NCBI GenBank assembly: GCA_035297125.1
Contig: DATGZQ010000019.1
Span: 12,940 to 76,939 of the forward strand
DNA length: 64,000 nucleotides
From: Thermoplasmata archaeon
GTDB lineage: Archaea; Thermoplasmatota; Thermoplasmata; Lutacidiplasmatales; UBA184
Direction of reading: 5' to 3'
Positions 55,967 through 64,000 of this stretch are shown here, piece by piece (the stretch's first letter is position 1; each line of letters starts with the position of its first letter). The notes under the pieces are model-generated. The model made no database searches and was not told the DNA's origin. It saw nothing but the letters and a program-made list of their open reading frames with translations. The translations under genes and the position numbers were made by a program.

Positions 55967-57460
55967 ATGGACCGGCCGATGCTGATCGGGGGCGAGTGGG
56001 TCCCGGCGTCGAACGAAGCGACGATGCCCGTGGTGAGCCCGTACGACGGTGCGCCGCTCGGTACCGTTCCGCGGGGTTCCCGCTCGGACGCGCGGGCCGC
56101 AATCGATGCCGCGCGAGAGGCGTTCGACAAGGGGCCGTGGCCTCGCCTCCCCCCGCGGGCCCGCGCCGAAGTGTTCCTGAAGGTCTCCCAGCTTCTGACC
56201 CAGCGACTCTCCGAGCTCGCGGAGCTCGAGAGCCGGAACCAGGGAAAGACGATCAAGCAGGCGGCGGACGCCGACCTGCCGTTCTGCGCCGACAACCTCG
56301 CGTTCTATGCCGGCGCGGGGCGGATGCTCGAGGGCCGTAGCGCCGGCGAGTTCACGGGAGAGGGGACGACGATATTCCGGCGCGAGCCGGTCGGCGTCGT
56401 GGCGTCGATCACGCCGTGGAACTACCCGATCATGATGGCCGTCTGGAAGGTCGCTCCCGCGCTCGTCGTCGGGAACACTGTCGTGCTCAAACCGGCGAGC
56501 TGGACCCCGCTCACAAGTCTCGAGCTCGGCCGAGCTTTCCAGGACGCAGGGCTCCCCGCCGGGGCGCTGAACGTGGTGACTGGGCCCGGGGCCGAGGTCG
56601 GCGACGAGCTGACCCGCAACCCGGCGGTCGATATGGTCTCGCTGACCGGGGACACCGCGACGGGCCGCAAGATCATGGAAGCCGCGAGCCAGACCGTGAA
56701 GCGGGTCCAGCTGGAGCTCGGCGGGAAGGCTCCGTTCGTCGTCTTCCCCGACGCCGACATCGGGGCCGCCGTCGAGGGCGCGATTGTCGGCGGGTTCGTG
56801 AACGGGGGTCAGGATTGTACGGCGGCCACCCGCCTGATCGTGCACACCAAGGTGAGGGTCCGGTTCGTGGAGAGGCTGCTGAAGAGGATCCGGACCATCC
56901 GGGTCGGGGATCCCCTCTCCCGGAAGACCGACCTCGGCCCGCTCGTGAGCCGAGTCCACCAGAAGAAGGTCCTCGGGTTCGTGGCCAAGGGGAAGAGCGA
57001 GGGCGCCAGACTCCGCATCGGGGGCACGGACGGGGGCCGGGAGCATCGCGCGGGCGCCTTCGTCCTTCCCACGGTGTTCGACTCAGTCGCCCCGAACATG
57101 GCGATCGCCCAACGGGAGATCTTCGGGCCGGTCCTCTGCGTCCTCGAGTTCTCCACGTTCGACGAGGCGATGGAGATCGCCAACGGGGTCGCCTACGGCC
57201 TCGCGGGAAGCGTCTGGACGAGGGACGTGCGGACCGCGATCCGCGCGGCCCACGCCCTCCGGTTCGGGGACGTATGGGTCAACGACCACCTGCCGCTCGG
57301 CTCGGAGACCCCGCACGGTGGAGTAAAACAGTCCGGGTTCGGAAAGGACCTCGGCGCGGACTCGCTGAACGACTACACCGTCGTGAAGAACATCTACGTC
57401 GATCTCACCGGTCAGGCCCGGAAGAGCTGGCACTACACCGTCTACGGGGACCCAGCCTAG
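55967..57460 (+). CDS. Aldehyde dehydrogenase, gamma-aminobutyraldehyde dehydrogenase (PatD)-like
   Basis: TPWNYP, LTGDTATG, LELGGKAP, NGGQDCTAATR, EIFGPV, HGGVKQSGFGKD. Confidence 0.88.
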   Translation: MDRPMLIGGEWVPASNEATMPVVSPYDGAPLGTVPRGSRSDARAAIDAAREAFDKGPWPRLPPRARAEVFLKVSQLLTQRLSELAELESRNQGKTIKQAADADLPFCADNLAFYAGAGRMLEGRSAGEFTGEGTTIFRREPVGVVASITPWNYPIMMAVWKVAPALVVGNTVVLKPASWTPLTSLELGRAFQDAGLPAGALNVVTGPGAEVGDELTRNPAVDMVSLTGDTATGRKIMEAASQTVKRVQLELGGKAPFVVFPDADIGAAVEGAIVGGFVNGGQDCTAATRLIVHTKVRVRFVERLLKRIRTIRVGDPLSRKTDLGPLVSRVHQKKVLGFVAKGKSEGARLRIGGTDGGREHRAGAFVLPTVFDSVAPNMAIAQREIFGPVLCVLEFSTFDEAMEIANGVAYGLAGSVWTRDVRTAIRAAHALRFGDVWVNDHLPLGSETPHGGVKQSGFGKDLGADSLNDYTVVKNIYVDLTGQARKSWHYTVYGDPA

Positions 57461-57468
57461 GGACACCG

Positions 57469-58953
57469 GTGATCGAAGGGATACCGCCGGGCGGCCGGGG
57501 CGCCCTGTTCATCGGCGGGACCTGGAGGCCGCCCTCCGGCGGTCGGTACAGCCCTGTCGTAGACCCGTCGACAGGCCTCGCGCTGGGCGAAGCTCCCGTG
57601 GCGACCGTCGAGGATTCCCGGGCCGCGGTGGACAGCGCGGCGGAGAACGAAGAGCGCTGGGCACGCGTGCCGGGGCACGAGCGGGCCCGCATCCTCCGGA
57701 GTGGTGCGGACCGCCTCGCGGCCGACCGTGAGACGATGGCTCGGCTGATCGCCTCGGAGGTCGGAAAGCCGATCACCGATGCGCGGGTAGAGGTCGACCG
57801 CGCCGTCGGGGTCTACCGGCTCGCGGCCGAGGAGATCCGCCAGCTCGGAGGCGAGAGCTTTCCGGCGGACGCCTACGAGCGGCCCGCCGGCAACGAGCAC
57901 CGGTTCCTCTTCACGGTCCGGGACCCGATCGGCGTCGTCGTCGCGATCGGGCCGTTCAACTTTCCGTTGAACCTACTCTCCCACAAGGTCGCGCCGGCCC
58001 TCGCGGCCGGCAATCCGGTCGTCGTCAAGCCGACCAGCGCCGCCCCGTTCACAGCCCTGCGGCTGGCCGAGCACCTTTCGGCGGCAGGGATCCCGCCGGG
58101 CGTGCTCAATGTCATAGTCGGCCCGGGGGATTCCGTCGGGGACGCCCTCGTCGAGCACCCGGCGACCCGTCTCGTCTCGTTCACCGGGTCGACGTCGGTC
58201 GGGAAGCGGATCGCCGAGCGCGCGGGCCGGCACGCCAAGAGGGTGATCCTCGAGATGGGGGGTCTCGACCCCTTGGTTGTCCTCGAGGATGCGCCGCTCG
58301 ACGTTGTCGTGGCCGCGACGGTGCGGGGAACGTTCGGCTACTCCGGACAGGTCTGCACCGCCTCGAAGCGTCTCTTGGTCCACGAATCGATCGCCGATGC
58401 GTTCGGCCGGGCCCTGGCGGAGCGCGCGCGCTCCCTGAGGGTCGGCCCGGCGCTCGACGAAGCGACCGAGGTCGGACCCGTGATCGACGGTGCCTCCGTC
58501 GCGCGGCTGGAACGGCTGGTCGAGGAGGCCCGGGGACGCTCGGCGTCCGTGCTCGCGGGTGGGGGCCGGGTGTCGATAGGCGGCGGCAGCTTCTACGCCC
58601 CGACGGTGCTCGACCACGTTCCGGAGAACGCTCTCGTCGTTCGTGAGGAGCCGTTCGGCCCGATCGCCCCGATCCTGCGGTTCTCCGCCGTCGACGACGC
58701 GGTCCGCATCGCGAACGCAACCCCCTACGGTCTCCAGGCGGCCGTCTACACCAAGGACCTCTCCCGCGGCCTTGCGCTCGCGAAGCGCATCCGAGCCGGC
58801 GGAGTGCACCTCAACGACCCGACCAACCTGCGCTGGGACGCGCTGCCGTTCGGCGGGGTTCGGGAGAGCGGACTCGGACGGGAGGGACTGCGCTACGCCA
58901 TGCAGGAGATGACCGAGGTCAAGCTGATCTCGATCAACTACGCGGGATCATAA
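57469..58953 (+). CDS. Aldehyde dehydrogenase (lactaldehyde/succinate-semialdehyde DH-like); GTG start at 57469
   Basis: PFNFP, FTGS, LEMGG, GQVCT, EEPFGP, PFGGVRESGLGREG. Confidence 0.9.
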   Translation: MIEGIPPGGRGALFIGGTWRPPSGGRYSPVVDPSTGLALGEAPVATVEDSRAAVDSAAENEERWARVPGHERARILRSGADRLAADRETMARLIASEVGKPITDARVEVDRAVGVYRLAAEEIRQLGGESFPADAYERPAGNEHRFLFTVRDPIGVVVAIGPFNFPLNLLSHKVAPALAAGNPVVVKPTSAAPFTALRLAEHLSAAGIPPGVLNVIVGPGDSVGDALVEHPATRLVSFTGSTSVGKRIAERAGRHAKRVILEMGGLDPLVVLEDAPLDVVVAATVRGTFGYSGQVCTASKRLLVHESIADAFGRALAERARSLRVGPALDEATEVGPVIDGASVARLERLVEEARGRSASVLAGGGRVSIGGGSFYAPTVLDHVPENALVVREEPFGPIAPILRFSAVDDAVRIANATPYGLQAAVYTKDLSRGLALAKRIRAGGVHLNDPTNLRWDALPFGGVRESGLGREGLRYAMQEMTEVKLISINYAGS

Positions 58954-58968
58954 CGAGCCCGCCGGCCG

Positions 58969-60459
58969 TCAGTCCGTGAGCGTGGGGTTGGGAACGGACG
59001 GAATCCGGGGAGGGGGCACCGCATGCTCCGGGGGGAGGAGGAGCTCGCGGGGGGTCGCGGGAGGGTGTGGTCCCACTGACCGAGCCATCTCGGGGCCCGA
59101 ATCCAGGCTCTCAATCGACTCTTCGAACGCCGCCAGGCCGCGCTCGAGGAGCTCGTCCTCGATCACGAGCGGGGCCATGAACCGAAGGACCTGGTCCCAG
59201 CTTCCGGAGGTGTGCATGAGGACGCCCCGGGCGAGCAACGCCGAACGCATCGCCTTCGCCCGCTCGCCCCACGGCCGGCGACTGGCGCGGTCGTGGACGA
59301 ACTCGGTGCCGATCATGAACCCCTTGCCGCGGACGTCGCCGATCGTGGGGTGGCGTTCCGAGATTGCTTGCAATCGCGCCACGATGCGGGGCCCGCGGTG
59401 GCGGGTCCGCTCGAGCAGGTCGCCCTCCTGGAGGACCCGGAGCGTCTCCGCTCCCACCGCGAGCGCGAGCGCGTTCCCCCGGTACGTTCCGAGGTGGAAG
59501 CCGCGCGGAAGTTCCTTCACGAGGTCGGACCGGTAGGCGACCAGGGACAGCGGTAGCCCTCCGCCGATCGTCTTCGCGATGCAGAGGATGTCGGGCGTTA
59601 CGCTCGAGTGCTCGACCGCCCACATCCGGCCGGTCCGGCCGAGCCCGGTCTGGACCTCGTCGGCGATGAGGAGGATCCCATGGCGGTCGCAGAACTCGCG
59701 CAGGGACGGAAGGAAATCGTCGGGAGGGACGACGTAGCCTCCCTCGCCGAGGATCGGTTCGACCAGGACCGAGGAGATCGAGTCGACACCCGAATGCGGG
59801 TCGTTCACGAGGTGCTCGAGGTAGGCGATCGTGCCCGCGGCCCCCTGGTCGGCCCCGAGGACGGGGCGATACGGGTCGGGGTACGGGACCCGGACCACCG
59901 TGCCTCCGTGGAACGAGCTTGTGGTGTGGTACCGCCGGCCGCTCGTGAGGTTGACCACGCCCCCGTGGACCCCGTGGTAGGCGCCCGAGAACGCTACGGT
60001 ACCGTTCCTGCGCTGGGCGAAGTCCGCGAGGCTGACGGCAGTCTCGACCGCGTCCCCGCCGGTGACGGTGAAGAGGATCTTGGCATGATGCTTGAGATTG
60101 CCCGGCAGGGCATTGTCGAGCTCCTGAAGGAATCGGACCCGCGCCTCAGTCGGAAGCTCGAGGGCGTGCCACATCTGGCCCGCCTGAGCCGCCAGGGCGG
60201 CCATGAGCCGAGGGTGACAGTGCCCCAGGTTGAGAACCGAGATCCCTCCCACCCAATCGATGAACCGGTTGCCGTCAACGTCCTCGATCGTCGCACCTTT
60301 CGCGATCTTCGGGGCGATAGGAAAGTAGTGAGGGTAGGCGACCGCGTCCGTCTCGAGACGGGCTTGTTCCCCGAGCAGCTCCCGCGATCGCGGCCCCGGC
60401 GGCGGGACCACGATGCGCGGCGCGTCGGGAAAGCTAAGCCAGTCGGAGGTACGCGTCAT
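58969..60459 (-). CDS. Class III aminotransferase, 4-aminobutyrate aminotransferase (GabT)-like
   Basis: PPPGPRS, DVDGNRFID, GAYHG, EPILGEGG, DEVQTGLGRTG, AKTIGGG. Confidence 0.9.
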   Translation of the reverse strand: MTRTSDWLSFPDAPRIVVPPPGPRSRELLGEQARLETDAVAYPHYFPIAPKIAKGATIEDVDGNRFIDWVGGISVLNLGHCHPRLMAALAAQAGQMWHALELPTEARVRFLQELDNALPGNLKHHAKILFTVTGGDAVETAVSLADFAQRRNGTVAFSGAYHGVHGGVVNLTSGRRYHTTSSFHGGTVVRVPYPDPYRPVLGADQGAAGTIAYLEHLVNDPHSGVDSISSVLVEPILGEGGYVVPPDDFLPSLREFCDRHGILLIADEVQTGLGRTGRMWAVEHSSVTPDILCIAKTIGGGLPLSLVAYRSDLVKELPRGFHLGTYRGNALALAVGAETLRVLQEGDLLERTRHRGPRIVARLQAISERHPTIGDVRGKGFMIGTEFVHDRASRRPWGERAKAMRSALLARGVLMHTSGSWDQVLRFMAPLVIEDELLERGLAAFEESIESLDSGPEMARSVGPHPPATPRELLLPPEHAVPPPRIPSVPNPTLTD

Positions 60460-60589
60460 CGCCACCGTTACCGGAACCGGCGAGGGCCCATATCAACCTG
60501 CCCGGGGACCGCCGATGCGTGACGCGATTCCCTGATAGGGTCGACCGGACAACCACGACTCCGCGCGGGCGCGGAGGAGGGTCCGAGGG

Positions 60590-60892
60590 TCAGCTCTTCT
60601 GGAGCCAGCCGGCCAGCGGCAACAGGCTGCGATAGAGTGAGATGCCCGGTTCCGTGAGCGCATACGCCCTGACGGGTCCTTTCGACCCTTCTACCTGGAC
60701 TCGATGAATCAGTCGAGCTCGCTCGAGCGAGCGCAAGGTAGAGGTCAACGTCGCCGGGCTGACCCCCGAGAGGCACTTTTGAATCGGCCCGAAACGGACC
60801 GTTCCGTACTTCCCAGGGAGCGAGACGACGCAGACGGCCCGCTTCTTCCCCACCACGTCGATCAACCCAATCGGGGGGCACGGACACTCGAG
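60590..60892 (-). pseudogene. HxlR-family regulator, 5'-truncated
   Basis: LECPCPPIGLIDVVGKK...RFG...VSPATLTSTLRSLE...YALTEPG. The conserved CP motif lies upstream of the only TTG and no in-frame start was found before it. Confidence 0.7.
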
Positions 60893-61203
60893 GTCGTCTT
60901 CACGGCTGCCCTCGTCGTGGGCCTGCTCGTCCTGGCCGACCTCGGAGAAGGCCTCCGCCAGTGGCGGATCCTCCTTCCTCCCTGGTCGTGGGACTCTCGA
61001 CGTACCTGATCGGGCCGTGGACGGGAAGTTCGCTCAACCCTGCGCGGACGCTCGCGCCGGCGATCCTCTCGGGGACGTACACCGATCTTTGGGTCTACCT
61101 GACCGCCGTCCCGCTCGGCGCCCTTGTCGCGGCCGCGGCATGGAGACCCAAGGCCGTGGACCGGCTGGACGGCGGGCCAGGTCGCCTCGAAACGTCGAGC
61201 TAG
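60887..61203 (+). pseudogene. Aquaporin/MIP C-terminal half, 5'-truncated and frameshifted
   Basis: LEVVFTAALVVGLL...ILLPP, 1-nt frameshift near 60980, then LVVGLSTYLIGPWTGSSLNPARTLAPAILSG...WVYLTAVPLGA (second NPA only). Confidence 0.8.
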
Positions 61204-61327
61204 AGCATCGGTCCCGCCAAGCCGCGGAATCGCCTGAGGGCATGGGAATCTCGTCCGTGGGAAACCCGGAACGTGGTTATTCCCGCGTAGTCCGAGGGAT
61301 TAAGCGCGCAAGAGAGTTCGTGGCTAC

Positions 61328-62206
61328 GTGGGAGAGCCTCCCCTCCGCACCGGACGAGTCGACTCGCACATCCACCTGAGCCGATGGTGGCCGCGCATCG
61401 CGGAGACGGCCTATCGGCCAGGCCTCGATTACTCGGTCGCCGGGCTCCTGCAAGAGATGGACCGGGACGGGATCGAGTTCGCGCTGGCCATCCAGATCTT
61501 CCAGGCGCCGTCGTGCAAGGACGCGCTCACAGAGGGCCGAGGTTCGTTCATCGCGAGCGGAGGGCGCCTCCTCCCGGTGGCCACTCTCGACCCTACGCGA
61601 GGCGGACCGGCGATGACCGAGGACCTCGAGGCGATCGACTCCGAACCCGAGATCGCGGCCATCAAGCTCTTCCCGGGATACCTCTCGTTCTACCCTACCG
61701 ACCCCCGGCTCGACCCGATCTATGAGTACGCTCGGGAGCGGGGACTGCCGGTCCTGTTCCACCAGGGCGACACGCTCGAGGGGCGCGGGTTGCTCAAGTT
61801 CGCGAGGCCGGTGGAGGTCGACGAGGTCGCGGGCCGCTTCCGGGATGTCCGGTTCGTGCTCTGCCACCTCGGAAACCCCTGGATCGATGAGGCTGCTGAG
61901 GTCGTGTACAAGAACCCGAACGTCTACGCGGACACTTCCGGCCTCCTAGGCCCTCCGTCAGCGCCCTACTTTGCCCGCTCGCTCGAGCTGTGCCGCGAGC
62001 GGCTGATGAACGTCATCCTCACGGTCGGCTCGCCGGAACGTATCCTCTACGGGTCCGACTGGCCCCTAGAGGAGCTCCGTACCGCAGTGGACCTCATCGA
62101 TCGGCTCGACCTGCCCGACAAGGACAAGGCCGCCATCCTAGGGGGCAACGCTCGCCATCTCTTTGGGCTCCCCGAACGGCGGGGCTCGGTCGCCGTCCCG
62201 CCATAA
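61328..62206 (+). CDS. Amidohydrolase 2 family (TIM-barrel metallohydrolase)
   Basis: DSHIH, IKLFPGY, LFHQG, LCHLGNP, NVYADTS, LYGSDWP. Confidence 0.9.
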   Translation: MGEPPLRTGRVDSHIHLSRWWPRIAETAYRPGLDYSVAGLLQEMDRDGIEFALAIQIFQAPSCKDALTEGRGSFIASGGRLLPVATLDPTRGGPAMTEDLEAIDSEPEIAAIKLFPGYLSFYPTDPRLDPIYEYARERGLPVLFHQGDTLEGRGLLKFARPVEVDEVAGRFRDVRFVLCHLGNPWIDEAAEVVYKNPNVYADTSGLLGPPSAPYFARSLELCRERLMNVILTVGSPERILYGSDWPLEELRTAVDLIDRLDLPDKDKAAILGGNARHLFGLPERRGSVAVPP

Positions 62207-62317
62207 GTCTCCAATCGGTCGTCGCCCACGCCGGAGCCTCCGCGGCGTTTTGTAGCGACCCCGGTTCGGGTCGCTCGCGACAGTGCCCCCTTGGTCGGGG
62301 GTCGCGGGAGACTTGCG

Positions 62318-63685
62318 ATGGATCTTCGAATCGAATCGGCATACGCGGAGTACCGGCGTCGAACGCCGCGCTCCGCGGAGCTGTTCGCGCGGGCTCGGAC
62401 GTGGACCCCCGTCGGGGTCCACTCCAACTACCGGTTCCTGGACCCGTATCCGTTCTACGTGAAGCGCGCCCACGGGGTCACGCTTCAGGACGCGGACGGG
62501 AATGACTACCTCGACTTCAACATGGCCTACGGCTGCCTTCAGAGCGGGCACGCGCATCCCAAACTCGTGGAGGCTCTCAGCCGCCAGCTCGGACAGGGGA
62601 GCGTCTACGGCTACGAGTGGGAGCGAACGCCGGAGGCGGCCGAGCGGGTCTGTCGACGGTTTGGCATGGCGCAGGTCCGGTTCAGCACCACGGGCCTCGA
62701 GGCGACGCACCACGCGATGCGATTCGCCCGGGCCTACACGAAGAAGCGGTACGTGCTCAAGTTCGAGGGTTCGTACCACGGCTCTCACGACACGCTACTG
62801 GTCGGGGTGAAACCGCGGCTCGAGGTCGCCGGCGCTCCGGAACATCCGAACTCTGTGCCGGCCTCACCGGGGATTCCGCCCGAAACGTACGGCCGTACGC
62901 TCGTCGCCCCGTTCAACAACCTCGAGGCGACCCGGAAGATCGCGCTCGAGCACCGCGACGACCTCGCGGCGATCATCGCAGAGCCGATCCCGATGAACAT
63001 GGGGTTCATCCTGCCGGAGAAGGGATTCTTCCCCGGGCTGCGGGAGCTCTGCGACGAACTCGGGGCCCTCCTCGTCCTCGACGAGATCAAGACCGGGGCC
63101 AAGTACCCCGGGGGCGGCGCCGCTCGGGTGGGGGTCCGCCCGGACATCGTTACGCTAGGAAAATCGATCGCCTGCGGCATCCCGCTTTCGGCGGTTGCTA
63201 CAGGTCCGGGGATACTCGACGAGGTCGGTCCGCGGAAGGTCGCCCACGCGGGGACCTACAACTCGAACCCCCTGGCCGTGACCGCGTGCCTCGCCTCGCT
63301 CGAGCACATCCTCACCAACGAGAACCTGGAGCGGTCGGCCGCGCTCTGCGCTCGTCTCGCCCGGGGGTACACCGAGGTCTTCCGGGGTGCAGGCGTGACC
63401 GCGGTCGTGGCGGCCGATGGTGTTTCGGGGTCGGTCTACTTCACGGACCACCCGGTCCGCAACTGGAGGGATTTCCTCACGATCGACGGGGACCGCTCGA
63501 TGCTGTACTACTATCTGTGTCTCAACCAAGGCCTGATCCCATCGGGAACCGGCCCGGACGAACAGTGGACCATCTCCGTCCAGCACACCGTCGCCGACGT
63601 CGACCACCACATCGAAATCCTCGCCCGGGTCGCAGATCGGCTGGCCGGTGCTCCCCGGGCGGGCGAGATCGAAGAATCGGTGTGA
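62318..63685 (+). CDS. Class III aminotransferase (GSA-aminomutase-like), second paralogue
   Basis: DADGNDYLD, KFEGSYHG, AEP, DEIKTG, LGKSIACG, AGTYNSNP. Confidence 0.9.
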   Translation: MDLRIESAYAEYRRRTPRSAELFARARTWTPVGVHSNYRFLDPYPFYVKRAHGVTLQDADGNDYLDFNMAYGCLQSGHAHPKLVEALSRQLGQGSVYGYEWERTPEAAERVCRRFGMAQVRFSTTGLEATHHAMRFARAYTKKRYVLKFEGSYHGSHDTLLVGVKPRLEVAGAPEHPNSVPASPGIPPETYGRTLVAPFNNLEATRKIALEHRDDLAAIIAEPIPMNMGFILPEKGFFPGLRELCDELGALLVLDEIKTGAKYPGGGAARVGVRPDIVTLGKSIACGIPLSAVATGPGILDEVGPRKVAHAGTYNSNPLAVTACLASLEHILTNENLERSAALCARLARGYTEVFRGAGVTAVVAADGVSGSVYFTDHPVRNWRDFLTIDGDRSMLYYYLCLNQGLIPSGTGPDEQWTISVQHTVADVDHHIEILARVADRLAGAPRAGEIEESV

Positions 63686-63740
63686 TCTTGGCAGGCGTAG
63701 GCCTCGGAAAGGGGTGGAATCACCCCCGCGGACGGTACGC

Positions 63741-63980
63741 CTAGCGTTGGCGGGTAATCTTTGCCACCTGGGCCGCGAGGTCCGAGGGAAGCAGGTTGAG
63801 GAGGCTCATTTCCGCCTGAGGCCCGGGTTTCGCCGTTCCGGCTTGGGCTCCGAACCAGAAGCACGTCTGGAGGGCGCGGGGAATCGCCTCCGCGTCGCCG
63901 GTGTCACGCAGCGTCCGCGCCATGTCCCTCCAACGTTCTCGGACGTCCTCCGATGATTTTTCCCAGAGATCGAGCGCCAT
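63741..63980 (-). CDS. Small hypothetical protein
   Basis: 79-aa ATG-started ORF with helical, non-shadow composition in a region with no other gene. Confidence 0.55.
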   Translation of the reverse strand: MALDLWEKSSEDVRERWRDMARTLRDTGDAEAIPRALQTCFWFGAQAGTAKPGPQAEMSLLNLLPSDLAAQVAKITRQR

Positions 63981-64000
63981 ACCCGGTTGAGCCCCTTCCG

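Overview
Very GC-rich archaeal chromosomal segment. Archaeal RadA, rpl7ae-rps28e-rpl24e, archaeal-type TyrS, type II Map, a 311-nt SRP RNA and TATA-like promoters all point to Archaea. A high-GC Thermoplasmatota lineage is my inference. About 55 real genes lie under many GC-rich shadow ORFs. Contents: (1) at the left edge, a partial nickel superoxide dismutase precursor (sodN, missed by the ORF track) divergent from its maturation peptidase; (2) housekeeping genes (radA, purC, malic enzyme, split MetE, map, sua5, ndk, ribosomal proteins, tyrS, glyA, alkA, thpR, SRP RNA, tRNA-Leu(CAG)); (3) between rpl24e and ndk, a CRISPR-less Cas4-like nuclease split into two coupled genes that each carry a transmembrane helix, the best candidate for an undescribed system; (4) odd multidomain ATPases (HhH/coiled-coil/RAD55, and HerA/TraD-like with a nuclease-like tail); (5) two proline/sarcosine dehydrogenase-like alpha/beta pairs with a P5C dehydrogenase; (6) a ~22 kb amine/polyamine nitrogen catabolic region (Lrp, glnA, amidohydrolases, saccharopine-DH-like enzyme, three class III aminotransferases, Dpp-type ABC transporter, two aldehyde dehydrogenases) containing an HxlR/aquaporin deletion scar. 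No CRISPR array, integrase or transposase was seen. All calls are motif recognition by eye, without database searches.
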